A stretch of DNA of 64,000 nt, taken from Deinococcales bacterium (lineage in GTDB: Bacteria; Deinococcota; Deinococci; Deinococcales; JAAFIG01). The first letter of the stretch is position 1. Each line of letters opens with the position of its first letter. The stretch is taken from the NCBI GenBank assembly GCA_031414595.1, contig JANNVX010000018.1, positions 137,111 to 201,110 of the forward strand, in the 5' to 3' direction. This document shows positions 29,029-39,756 of this stretch, one piece after another. A program made the translations under genes and the position numbers. The notes beneath the pieces are model-generated. The model did not search any database, was not told the DNA's origin, and was given only the letters and a program-made list of their open reading frames with translations.

Positions 29029-29751
29029 ATGCCCAAATGGTTACGCAATACTTTGATTGTTCTTGGTGCGGTTCTTGCGGCGCTTGGCGCAGTTGTTTTT
29101 GTCGTCTCGAGACCACTTCCCGCCGAGGCAAAAGCCCTTGCCGCCATGAACTCGAGTGTGACGGTGACAATCAAAAACACCGCTTTGAGCATTTTGTTTA
29201 AGCCAAATAAACCCAGCACAAAAGGTTTTATTTTCTATCCCGGCGCTCGGGTTGCCCCCGAAGCCTATGCTGTGCCACTCCGCGCCATTGCCGAAGCTGG
29301 ATACATTGTGTACATCATGAAAATGCCGCTTAATTTTGCGGTTTTTAACATCAATGCCGCCGATAGCATCATCTCGAGTAACTCCAATATAAAATGGGCA
29401 ATCGGAGGACATTCACTTGGCGGGGCAATGGCTTGCAGCTATGCCAAAAATAAAGGTGGTATCTCGAGATTGATTTTCTGGGCTGCCTACTGCGATAAAA
29501 GTTTTGACTTCTCGAGCAGCCAGATACCCGTCACCTCGATTTACGGTTCTGAGGATGGTCTTGCTACCCCAGAGAAAGTTGCCAATACTAAAGTTTTTGC
29601 GCCACCCAGTACCAAATACATCGAAATTAAGGGCATGAACCACGCCCAGTTTGGTGATTATGGTGAGCAGGGCGGCGATAAAAAAGCCAGTATCAGTGCC
29701 GACCAAGCCAATAAATCTATTATAGAAGCGACCCTTGAGGCGTTGCGCTAA
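29029..29751 (+). CDS. Alpha/beta hydrolase with N-terminal anchor
   Basis: FYPGA, GGHSLGG, GMNHAQFGDYG. Confidence 0.9.
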   Translation: MPKWLRNTLIVLGAVLAALGAVVFVVSRPLPAEAKALAAMNSSVTVTIKNTALSILFKPNKPSTKGFIFYPGARVAPEAYAVPLRAIAEAGYIVYIMKMPLNFAVFNINAADSIISSNSNIKWAIGGHSLGGAMACSYAKNKGGISRLIFWAAYCDKSFDFSSSQIPVTSIYGSEDGLATPEKVANTKVFAPPSTKYIEIKGMNHAQFGDYGEQGGDKKASISADQANKSIIEATLEALR

Positions 29752-29779
29752 ACTCATTCCCAAAGCATAAACTATTGGT

Positions 29780-30376
29780 ATGGCATTTACAGATTTTACT
29801 TTGGAAGTCGTACTTGACAAATTTGAACTCGTACCAGACAGACTTGAGCTATTCTCAGAGCTTTTACCTGTACCACCTTCTGATTGGTTACTCGAGACGC
29901 TAAAACGTTTTGAACCGCTTGCCTTTACTTCAGAAAAATCGCGTTCAGAATTTATCATTGCCCCTATTTTATCCGAAGTTCGAAGTAATGCTAAGAATAT
30001 TTTCACGATTTATTCTGGTCAACGACTAGATGGCGATTCTAGCCTTGGTTTAACTGGTGAATGTGATTTTATTTTTGCTAAAAGTCCAGCCGTTTTTGCC
30101 CTTCGCGCCCCAATAGTTAGTGTGGTTGAAGCTAAGAAACAAGACGTTGAAGTTGGACTTGGGCAGTGTGTTGCCCAACTTTTAGCAGTACGGTATTTCA
30201 ATCAAAAACACGAAACAAACTTCCCAAAACTGTATGGTTGTGTGACCACAGGTGAGGTCTGGCAATTTTTAAGTCTCGAGGGTAATCAATTGATTTTAGA
30301 TGCGAGTCGGTATCAGCTTGATTCTTTACCCGAGATTCTAGCTGTGTTTAAGCGAATTCTCGAGACATATTTATAA
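29780..30376 (+). CDS. Hypothetical protein with restriction-endonuclease-like motifs
   Basis: SEKSRSEFIIAPIL, G.CDF, VEAKK, GQCVAQ, YGCVTTGEVWQF. Confidence 0.8.
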   Translation: MAFTDFTLEVVLDKFELVPDRLELFSELLPVPPSDWLLETLKRFEPLAFTSEKSRSEFIIAPILSEVRSNAKNIFTIYSGQRLDGDSSLGLTGECDFIFAKSPAVFALRAPIVSVVEAKKQDVEVGLGQCVAQLLAVRYFNQKHETNFPKLYGCVTTGEVWQFLSLEGNQLILDASRYQLDSLPEILAVFKRILETYL

Positions 30377-30410
30377 AAAAAACCCCTCGAGAATGTTCTC
30401 GAGGGGTATT
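30375..30410. terminator. Bidirectional terminator between convergent genes
   Basis: ACCCCTCGAGAA-tg-TTCTCGAGGGGT with an A-tract on the left (U-tract for groEL). Confidence 0.85.
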
Positions 30411-30429
30411 GCTGTAAGCGGGGTGATGC

Positions 30430-32109
<1,680 letters not shown>

Positions 32110-32155
32110 TTAGTTTCTAGCCTTTTCGAGCCAGTGACTAGCCGCTAGTAGCTGA

Positions 32156-32446
32156 TTAGATAATAACGGCGAGAATATCGCGTTCAGAAAGAATGGTGAA
32201 AGTTTTGCCGCCGTCAGAAACTTCTGTACCGCCGTATTTGGCAAAGTACACAGTGTTGCCAACTTGAACTTCAACCGCTACTTTTGCGCCACTGTCAAGG
32301 GTCTTGCCAGTGCCGACAGCGATAACTTTACCGCGTTGACTTTTTTCTTTAGCGGTATCTGGAACGATCAAACCACCAGCAGTTTTTTGCTCAGATTCTT
32401 CAATAATTTCGATGACCACGCGATCACCTAACGGTGCTAATGCCAT
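32156..32446 (-). CDS. groES: Co-chaperonin GroES
   Basis: [25 protein letters not shown]. Confidence 0.99.
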   Translation of the reverse strand: MALAPLGDRVVIEIIEESEQKTAGGLIVPDTAKEKSQRGKVIAVGTGKTLDSGAKVAVEVQVGNTVYFAKYGGTEVSDGGKTFTILSERDILAVII

Positions 32447-32479
32447 TTTGTACCTCCGTACAGAATTAAAACAGATTCA

Positions 32480-32506
32480 TTAGCAGTCTCGAGTCTCGAG
32501 TGCTAA
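32480..32506. promoter_or_regulatory. CIRCE (HrcA operator)
   Basis: TTAGCAGTC-N9-GAGTGCTAA, one mismatch to consensus, upstream of groES. Confidence 0.9.
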
Positions 32507-32562
32507 TCTAAAGAAGAGTATATTGCTACGGTCAAGGTTTCGTCAAGTCCTGCAATAAGAAC

Positions 32563-32583
32563 CTTGAGTGTATGAGACTCAGA
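32563..32583. promoter_or_regulatory. HAIR-like (HspR) operator
   Basis: CTTGAGT-N7-ACTCAGA versus consensus CTTGAGT-N7-ACTCAAG. Confidence 0.65.
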
Positions 32584-32617
32584 TTTGTAAACTCGAGAAA
32601 TGACGTAAGCTAAGTCC

Positions 32618-32938
32618 ATGAAAACTTTGGCTGGGACTAAAGAAGAATTTGAGATTGGCACGCAAAAAAGCCTTGAGTTTGGCAACGATTATGTGCTGGT
32701 GTTGCGTTCAATCTCGGGGTTTTGGGCAATCGAAGACCGTTGTTCGCACGACGATAACGAACTGCTGGGCGGCGAAATTACCGAACACGAAGGCGCTGCT
32801 CCAAGTATTAAATGTGTACGGCATGGCGCAAGGTTTAACCTCGAGAATGGCAAAGCGTTATGTTTACCCGCCGTTAAAGCCGTCAAGAGTTACCGTGCTT
32901 GGTGTGAAGAAGATTTGGTCTGGGTTGAAGAAAAATAG
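32618..32938 (+). CDS. Rieske-type ferredoxin
   Basis: CSH...CVRHGARF...G.ALCLPA. Confidence 0.9.
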   Translation: MKTLAGTKEEFEIGTQKSLEFGNDYVLVLRSISGFWAIEDRCSHDDNELLGGEITEHEGAAPSIKCVRHGARFNLENGKALCLPAVKAVKSYRAWCEEDLVWVEEK

Positions 32939-33190
32939 TTTATTTGTCCACTACCCAAATATCCTTGGGTGTGCCGTCCATACCATCACGCTGATTGGGG
33001 TCATTGCCAAAGTACCGACTGAGAATAATCGGTTGTTCTTTTTCATCTTCTGCGTGACTGGCTGAATAATTCCAGATTGTGTTTGGCAATCAAGAACTTG
33101 GGTCATGCTTTTGGTGTATATTACTCTGCGCGATTTTTGTTGAATCGCTTATTTCTTAGATACGTGGTCTCGAGCCACACGGAGGTTGTT

Positions 33191-35047
33191 ATGAAACACG
33201 AATTCCAAACCGAAGTTAGTCAATTGCTGCATTTAATTATTCATTCGCTCTACAGCCATAAAGAAATTTTTTTGCGCGAACTTGTTTCTAACGCCTCAGA
33301 TGCCTTGGATAAATTTAAGTACGCCACCATCACCGATGATCGTTTTAAGGACGCTACATGGTCGCCACGTATAGATATTCGTTTCACCGAAGGCACAAAT
33401 CGGATTCTCGAGATTGAAGACAACGGCATTGGCATGTCTGAAAGCGACTTAATCGAGAACCTAGGCACGATTGCCAAGAGCGGCACAAAGAACTTTATGG
33501 CGCAACTGAGTGGCGATGCCAAAAAAGACTCGAACTTAATTGGGCAGTTTGGGGTTGGGTTTTACAGCGTCTTTATGGTTGCCAGCAGTGTTGAAGTGGT
33601 TTCCAAAAAAGCCGGCGAAGAAAGTGCTTCTAAATGGACTTCTGACGGGCAGGGTGGGTATGAACTCGAGAATGTGCAGAAAGACAGCCAAGGCACGCTC
33701 ATTCGTTTGCACTTAAACGACGAAGGCACAGAGTATGCCAACAGGTGGCAACTCGAGCAGTTGATTAAAAAATACAGCAATCATATTGCTTTCCCGATTT
33801 TCCTGCATTTTGAAAAAACTGAGTATGGACAAGACGGCGCAGAAAACACCGTCTCGCAAGCAGTCGAACAAATCAATTCGGCTAGTGCAATCTGGTCTAG
33901 GGCAAAATCGGACTTAAAGCCAGAAGATTACACCGAGTTCTATAAATCTGTTTCACACGGTATGGACGAGCCACTTTTTTGGTCGCATGTCAAAGCCGAA
34001 GGGACGCTTGAATACACCAGTTTGCTATACATTCCTAAAACCGCACCATTTGATTTGTACCACGCCAATTTTCAAGCTGGCGTAAAACTCTATGTGCGCC
34101 GCGTCTTCATTACCGACGACGACAAAGAACTGCTTCCGACATGGTTGCGCTTTGTGCGTGGGGTGATAGATTCCGAGGACTTGCCGCTCAATGTGTCCAG
34201 AGAAATCCTGCAACAAAATAAAGTCATGAAGAACATCCGCACTGCCACAGTTAAAAAACTGCTGTCCGAATTCTCGAGAATTGAAAAAGAAGAACCTGAG
34301 ACATGGAAGACCTTCATTGCTGCCTTTAACCGACCGCTTAAAGAAGGCTTGTACCAAGATTATGAAAACCGCGATGCACTGGCAGAATTGGTGCGCTATA
34401 ACTCGAGCAAGGAAGCTGGTTTAACGGGTTTTGCGGATTACGTTGCCCGAATGCAGCCAGAGCAAAAAGCCATTTATTACATCACGGGCGGCGCAGAAAG
34501 TGTCCTCCGCAACAGCCCGTTACTCGAGGCGTACAACAAAAAAGGGATTGAAGTTTTAATCGCCTCGGACGAAATAGATGAAATTGTGATTTCGGGCTAC
34601 CCCAAATACAAGGATTTTGACCTCAAAGCCGTCAACCGCTTAGAGACTGGCGACGACCTGAAAACCGAAACCGACGAAGCGGCAGCCAAAGAAGCCGAAC
34701 CGATTATCGAACGGGTCAAAAAAGCCCTTGGTTTAGAAGTCAAAGATGTCAAAGCCTCGAGCCGTTTGCTCGAGAGTCCAGCTTGTGTGGTCACCGACGA
34801 CACCGACCCAACTTTTCAAATGCAAGCTATGATGCGTTCAATGGGACGTGAATCGGATATGCCAGCCGTCAAGCCGATTCTCGAGTTAAACCCCAATCAC
34901 CCTTTGATTACAAACTTAAAAGATGCAACGGATAGTGTGATAGACGATACAGCCCATGTTTTGTTGGCGCAGTCGTTGTTGCTCGAGGGGGCAGAGATTC
35001 CAGACCGTGTGGATTTTGTCAAACGCTTAAACCGTTTATTGGGCTAA
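33191..35047 (+). CDS. htpG: Chaperone HtpG (Hsp90)
   Basis: IFLRELVSNASDA, DNGIGM, IGQFGVGFYS, LPLNVSREILQ; GGAGG RBS. Confidence 0.98.
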   Translation: MKHEFQTEVSQLLHLIIHSLYSHKEIFLRELVSNASDALDKFKYATITDDRFKDATWSPRIDIRFTEGTNRILEIEDNGIGMSESDLIENLGTIAKSGTKNFMAQLSGDAKKDSNLIGQFGVGFYSVFMVASSVEVVSKKAGEESASKWTSDGQGGYELENVQKDSQGTLIRLHLNDEGTEYANRWQLEQLIKKYSNHIAFPIFLHFEKTEYGQDGAENTVSQAVEQINSASAIWSRAKSDLKPEDYTEFYKSVSHGMDEPLFWSHVKAEGTLEYTSLLYIPKTAPFDLYHANFQAGVKLYVRRVFITDDDKELLPTWLRFVRGVIDSEDLPLNVSREILQQNKVMKNIRTATVKKLLSEFSRIEKEEPETWKTFIAAFNRPLKEGLYQDYENRDALAELVRYNSSKEAGLTGFADYVARMQPEQKAIYYITGGAESVLRNSPLLEAYNKKGIEVLIASDEIDEIVISGYPKYKDFDLKAVNRLETGDDLKTETDEAAAKEAEPIIERVKKALGLEVKDVKASSRLLESPACVVTDDTDPTFQMQAMMRSMGRESDMPAVKPILELNPNHPLITNLKDATDSVIDDTAHVLLAQSLLLEGAEIPDRVDFVKRLNRLLG

Positions 35048-35056
35048 AAATTACTG

Positions 35057-35080
35057 GAGGGCGAGGCTTACCTCGCCCTC
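35057..35080. terminator. Hairpin between convergent genes
   Basis: GAGGGCGAGG-ctta-CCTCGCCCTC. Confidence 0.6.
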
Positions 35081-35082
35081 GC

Positions 35083-35433
35083 TTAGAATTTAGGCTGCTC
35101 GAGGGTTTTTACTGCTAAAGTTTCTGGGTCTGAATTGTGCTTATAAGCACTAAACACAGCGCTTAAAGCAGCAAGTAATTCGTCTGGTTCACGCACGGTG
35201 TACAGCCCTGTTTGCCAAACAGCATTATTGGGTTCACAACGCAAAAACTGCCAAATTTGCCCACTCGAGACGATGCCATGCACAGTAATTGGTTTAGGGT
35301 TTTGGCTGACGCAAGCCGTCATGCCAATCAAACACTGGGCAATTCCAAGGTCAAACTTGTCTTTTTTGGCTTCAATGGCACACAGTAAAGGCGTGTCCAA
35401 ATAAGCGCGGCGCGGGGCAATCAGGTAATCCAC
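35083..35433 (-). pseudogene. 5'-truncated homologue of the 29780..30376 family
   Basis: IEAKK, GIAQC, HGIVSSGQIWQF match only the C-terminal half. Confidence 0.55.
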
Positions 35434-35510
35434 ATTCTAAACCACTAGCATGAGTCCCTAACAATTGTTCTTGACGTATAAACAAACTTCAACTTATACT
35501 CCGCCTAGTT

Positions 35511-35549
35511 ATGAAGTGCTTTTTTGATAATTCCTCCGACGATTCTTAG
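35511..35549 (+). CDS. Candidate aspS leader peptide MKCFFDNSSDDS
   Basis: Follows TTGACG-N18-TATACT; 3 Asp + 1 Asn codons; overlaps alternative hairpins. Confidence 0.65.
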   Translation: MKCFFDNSSDDS

Positions 35550-35575
35550 TCGTTGGGGCTTTTGTTTGTTTTCAC

Positions 35576-35605
35576 GCCCCGCTCGAGACTCGAGTGGGGT
35601 TTTTT
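35576..35605 (+). terminator. Attenuator terminator upstream of aspS
   Basis: GCCCCGCTCGA-gac-TCGAGTGGGGT followed by a T-tract. Confidence 0.8.
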
Positions 35606-35618
35606 CTTAAGGGGATGT

Positions 35619-36899
35619 ATGCAGCGTACTTTAACAGTTGACTTAAAAAATAACATTGACACAGAAGTTAAACTCGAGGGGTTTGTGCATTTTCGCCGTG
35701 ACCTTGGTGGGGTGCAGTTTTTGGTGCTGCGTGACCGCACGGGTACAGCCCAGTGTGTACTTGGCAAGGGCATTCATATTCCGCTTCTTGAGTCGAGTGT
35801 TCGGGTTTTTGGCAAGGTCGTAGCAAACCCCAGAGCGCCGCAAGGTTTAGAAGTGCAAGTCAGTCAACTCGAGATGATTAGTGTGGCAGTTGAACCCGCC
35901 CCAGTTGAAGTTTCTAAAGAAGAATGGAAAGCCAACCCAGAAACGCTCTTGGATTACCGCTATGTCAGTTTACGCGGCTTAAAAGAACGGGCGGTGCTTA
36001 AAATCCAAGCAGTGTTAATTCAGGGTTTCCGCGAGGCGCTGATTGCACAGGGGTTTACCGAAATTTTCACACCAAAAATCGTCAGTGCTGGGGCAGAAGG
36101 TGGCAGCAGCCTTTTTGAAGTCCAGTATTTTGAACAAACCGCTTACTTGGCGCAAAGCCCGCAAGTCTATAAACAAATTATGGTTGGGGTCTATGAACGG
36201 GTGTTTGAAACTGCCTGTGTCTACCGTGCCGAAGAACACGCCACCAGTCGGCACTTAAACGAGTACATGAGCTTAGACCTCGAGATGGGCTTTATAGATA
36301 GCGAAGAAGATGTGATGGACATGGAAAATCTGGTCTTGGCGTATATGCTTGAGAAAGTCGCCAAAGAATGCACTACCGAACTCGAGTTATGTGGTGTTCC
36401 AGCCCCGACAGTGCCAGCTAAAATCCCGCGAATTCCACTGTCCGAGGCTCGAGCCTTGTGCATTGAAAAGTACGGCTACACCAATGGCGGTAAAGACCTT
36501 GACCCCGAAGGCGAACGGATTATCTCGAGGCACTTTTTAGAGCATTTTGGGTCTGATTTTGTGTTTGTGACCAAGTACCCACGCAATGCCCGTCCGTTTT
36601 ATGCCTATCCGAATATCGAAGATAACACCACCAAGAGCTTTGATTTATTATTTCGAGGCATTGAAATTACCAGTGGAGGACAGCGGGTTCATGATTACCA
36701 GATACTGCTCGAGAACATGGCGTACCGCAACGTTAGCCCAGAAGGATTTGGGGCGTACTTAGAAGTCTTTAAGCATGGAATGCCGCCACATGGGGGCTTA
36801 GCGATTGGGGCAGAACGCCTAACTGCTAAAATTCTCGAGATTAGCAATGTGCGGTATGCTCGGGCTTTCCCACGGGACAGGAATCGTTTGACACCTTAG
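35619..36899 (+). CDS. aspS: Non-discriminating (archaeal-type) aspartate-tRNA(Asp/Asn) ligase
   Basis: About 426 aa, no GAD insert; AEGGS, YLAQSPQ, YRAE...SRHLNE, SGGQR, PPHGG..IGAER. Confidence 0.93.
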   Translation: MQRTLTVDLKNNIDTEVKLEGFVHFRRDLGGVQFLVLRDRTGTAQCVLGKGIHIPLLESSVRVFGKVVANPRAPQGLEVQVSQLEMISVAVEPAPVEVSKEEWKANPETLLDYRYVSLRGLKERAVLKIQAVLIQGFREALIAQGFTEIFTPKIVSAGAEGGSSLFEVQYFEQTAYLAQSPQVYKQIMVGVYERVFETACVYRAEEHATSRHLNEYMSLDLEMGFIDSEEDVMDMENLVLAYMLEKVAKECTTELELCGVPAPTVPAKIPRIPLSEARALCIEKYGYTNGGKDLDPEGERIISRHFLEHFGSDFVFVTKYPRNARPFYAYPNIEDNTTKSFDLLFRGIEITSGGQRVHDYQILLENMAYRNVSPEGFGAYLEVFKHGMPPHGGLAIGAERLTAKILEISNVRYARAFPRDRNRLTP

Positions 36900-36962
36900 T
36901 CCTCAAAATTGGTTTTATCGAAATATCAAACCAAAGCAAGTATTGTGTAGACTTTATCGGTC

Positions 36963-37565
36963 ATGCACACCCATGAGATCGAGAAGATTAGACGCTTCAT
37001 CCAACGGATTGTCCCCATTCCCAACGACGAGATTGTGGCTTTTTGCGGTCATGCTGTACCCAAGCACTTTTCTAGGCATCAAGAGTTTGTTCGTCAGGGG
37101 GAGGTCTGTGAGCAGCTATTGTTTATCCACCAAGGTCTTTTAAGGTACGCCTTCCTGACCGAAAACGATGAACACACCAAAGACTTTGCGGTGGACACTT
37201 CTAATCCTTTCTGTACAGCCTTTACCAGCCTGATGACCAAGCTGCCTTCACAAATCAGCATTGAGGCACTCGAGGATACTCAGGCTTCGTGCTGGTCAAG
37301 CGATTACTTGCAAGAACTGTGGGATGGTTCGCTGCACTGGCAGACTTGGGCGCGGCGCATGACGCAGGGTATGTACATCCGAAAGGAACAGCGCGAGATT
37401 ACTTTTTTGCGTGACAGTGCGCTTGAGCGGTATCAGCATTTCCTGCGTGAGTTTCCTGAAGTTGTCGAGCGTGTACCTCAACACTATGTCGCCTCATATC
37501 TTGGTATCACCCCTGAAGCCCTCTCGAGACTGAGGCGAAGTCTAATCAACTCCGCATTGATTTAG
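36963..37565 (+). CDS. Crp/Fnr-family regulator
   Basis: cNMP-like domain; ERY..F, VPQHYVASYLGITPEALSRLR. Confidence 0.9.
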   Translation: MHTHEIEKIRRFIQRIVPIPNDEIVAFCGHAVPKHFSRHQEFVRQGEVCEQLLFIHQGLLRYAFLTENDEHTKDFAVDTSNPFCTAFTSLMTKLPSQISIEALEDTQASCWSSDYLQELWDGSLHWQTWARRMTQGMYIRKEQREITFLRDSALERYQHFLREFPEVVERVPQHYVASYLGITPEALSRLRRSLINSALI

Positions 37566-37691
37566 GTCAAGGCGGACGACCTTTGGTTGCAACTAATCTG
37601 CTCTTCAGTGTTCGCCAAGGATAAGAAATGTAACTGCGCTACAAAATTTGCAGACATTACTTAATCCAAAGTGAATCAAAGGAGACTGATA

Positions 37692-38849
37692 ATGACACAA
37701 ACGCAACGACCTATCGCCACAACTTTTGCCGAGTATGCCGCCGCACCGGAAAGCTACCTCAGCATTGAAGGTGTTCCCGCCGAGATTGCCGCCCGTCTGC
37801 CTGGTTTTGCTGATTTTGGCATCAATGGCGACCAACTTGTTCGGGCAGTGCAACAAGCAGGGGGACCAGCCACGCCGGGTTGGGCGAGCAACCTAATGCG
37901 CCATGGTGATGCAGCCATGGTACTTGGCGAAGCGGCTGAAGCTCGAGGGGATGGAGTGGTGGCAGAACGCGAATTCTTGCTCGCCTCGTTCTGGTATTTT
38001 TTTGCCCGATTCCCGCACATCATCAGTTCTGATGGCGCACAGGCATACCATCGTCATACTCAGGCGTACCTTAAAGCCGCTCGACATTTTTCGTCCCCGG
38101 TTGAGGTGCTAAAGATTCCATTCGAGGCTGCAATCGTGACTGCTTATCTGCGTTTGCCATCAGGTCAATCAAAAACAGGCTTTCCAGTCGTTGTTATTTG
38201 GGGTGGTATTGATGTTTGGAAGAGTGACCTCGAGATTCACGCTCAGGGTGAGGCATTGCTCAAAAAAGGTATCGCGGTACTGGCTGTGGATATGCCCGGT
38301 ACTGGCGAGAATCCATTTCCAGTCTCGAGCGATGCGGAACGGGTTCTTTTAGCGGTTTTGGATGCTGTTGCCCAGCACAAGGCTATCGACGGTACGCGAA
38401 TGGGGTGCTACGGTTTGAGTTTCGGCGGTCACTGGGCGCTCAAAATAGCATTGCTTCGACCAGAACTTCTGGGGGTAGTCAACAATGCCGGACCCGTGCA
38501 TCATGCCTTTCAATCAGTGTGGGCGCAGACTTTGCCGATGGGCGCAAGAATCGCACTCTCAAAGGTCATGGGTTTAGAGCCTCGAATTGAGCCACAAGAA
38601 TTCTTGACGCGACTTTCAAAACTCTCCTTGGTGACACAAGGTTTACTGCCAGCAAGGCAACACGCCCCATTGTTAAGCCTCAATGGTGAACTGGATGAAC
38701 TCGTGCCAATCACAGACCTTGAGTTCCTTGGACAAAATGGTGTAAAGCAAGACCGCTTAGTCTTCGCACACGACCGACACGTGGCAAGTCGCAATTGGTC
38801 ATTGCATGAGTCGTTTGTAACAAATTGGCTTGCCCGTCGCTTGCTCTGA
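37692..38849 (+). CDS. FrsA-like alpha/beta hydrolase
   Basis: GGID, DMPGTGE, GLSFGG. Confidence 0.85.
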   Translation: MTQTQRPIATTFAEYAAAPESYLSIEGVPAEIAARLPGFADFGINGDQLVRAVQQAGGPATPGWASNLMRHGDAAMVLGEAAEARGDGVVAEREFLLASFWYFFARFPHIISSDGAQAYHRHTQAYLKAARHFSSPVEVLKIPFEAAIVTAYLRLPSGQSKTGFPVVVIWGGIDVWKSDLEIHAQGEALLKKGIAVLAVDMPGTGENPFPVSSDAERVLLAVLDAVAQHKAIDGTRMGCYGLSFGGHWALKIALLRPELLGVVNNAGPVHHAFQSVWAQTLPMGARIALSKVMGLEPRIEPQEFLTRLSKLSLVTQGLLPARQHAPLLSLNGELDELVPITDLEFLGQNGVKQDRLVFAHDRHVASRNWSLHESFVTNWLARRLL

Positions 38850-39147
38850 AAAATAAGCCTATTCATGGCTCGAGCCAGCAGCTTAAACCGTGTTTGTCTG
38901 GCTTGCTTTCTTTCGCAAAACCAGCGTCAAGTAGACTTGCAAAAACACTCGACCAATACCTGACTTGGAGGCTGCTGAGCTTGTAGTAATCTTAAATCCC
39001 TAATTGACGTTGAACAACTTGGACAACGCTCTGCATATCTTCTGCTGATAAGTACCACAGCATATTTATGTTCGACTGTTGAGCTTAGTATTTGTGATAA
39101 AAACCTGTTGCACACGCAATTCCGCCCAAAGAATTAATCCAATGTAA

Positions 39148-39426
39148 TTAGGCTTGGGTACTTATACTGCCAATTCTCGAGTCAATCCGCTGTTTGCCGA
39201 CCGTTGTGATTTGGTCTGCCATTGCTTTTCTTGGTTCACCATTTAAGGTAATGGCGGTTTCGCTGATATAAATATGCTCGAGTTGGCTGCTGATTGGTAC
39301 AACCTGTACACGGTTTAGAACGGCGTTACTGGCATTGATTGAGATGATAATGGCTGGGCGACGTTTACGAATCTCACCACCAACTGACGGGTCAAAATTG
39401 ACCCACCAAACCTCAGTGCGTTTCAT
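39148..39426 (-). CDS. PemK/MazF toxin, apparently C-terminally truncated
   Basis: WWVNFDPSVGGEIRKRRPA, VVPISS, KAMADQITT; 92 aa. Confidence 0.85.
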   Translation of the reverse strand: MKRTEVWWVNFDPSVGGEIRKRRPAIIISINASNAVLNRVQVVPISSQLEHIYISETAITLNGEPRKAMADQITTVGKQRIDSRIGSISTQA

Positions 39427-39652
39427 CTGCAACATCCAGAACGGTAGCTTCTGCCCACTCAAGAGCATTGGCTTCTCTCTTTTGGTCGGCTGCCATTAGC
39501 GTATAAGCGGCTTCGATTTCGGTTTGCTCAAGCAGTTCTAAGGCACGTTGTACCACGATGGTTTCGCTTTCAAGAGCATGGTTTTCTTTGTACCTCGAGA
39601 TAAACTCAAGATGCTGATTTCCCACTTGAATGTGCAAATTTCCATGTGGCAT
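39413..39652 (-). CDS. Antitoxin partner of PemK/MazF
   Basis: IEAAY..MAAD..RE..ALEWAE; overlaps toxin start. Confidence 0.75.
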   Translation of the reverse strand: MPHGNLHIQVGNQHLEFISRYKENHALESETIVVQRALELLEQTEIEAAYTLMAADQKREANALEWAEATVLDVADETH

Positions 39653-39756
39653 ATTGTGTAGTGTAAACCAAAAGCCAGTGTCTGGCAAATTTGTTTTGCG
39701 TTCTGTTTTGTCTGACTAAAACCGTTTAACGCCTTAACCAAGTATGCTGTTAAGAC

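Noticed and set aside
32940-33090. Minus-strand frame LPNTIWNYS...DIWVVDK
   Set aside because: Possible gene relic with no credible start or recognisable family.
33191-35047. Suspected horizontal origin of htpG
   Set aside because: Impression only; needs a phylogeny, and CTCGAG density looks native.
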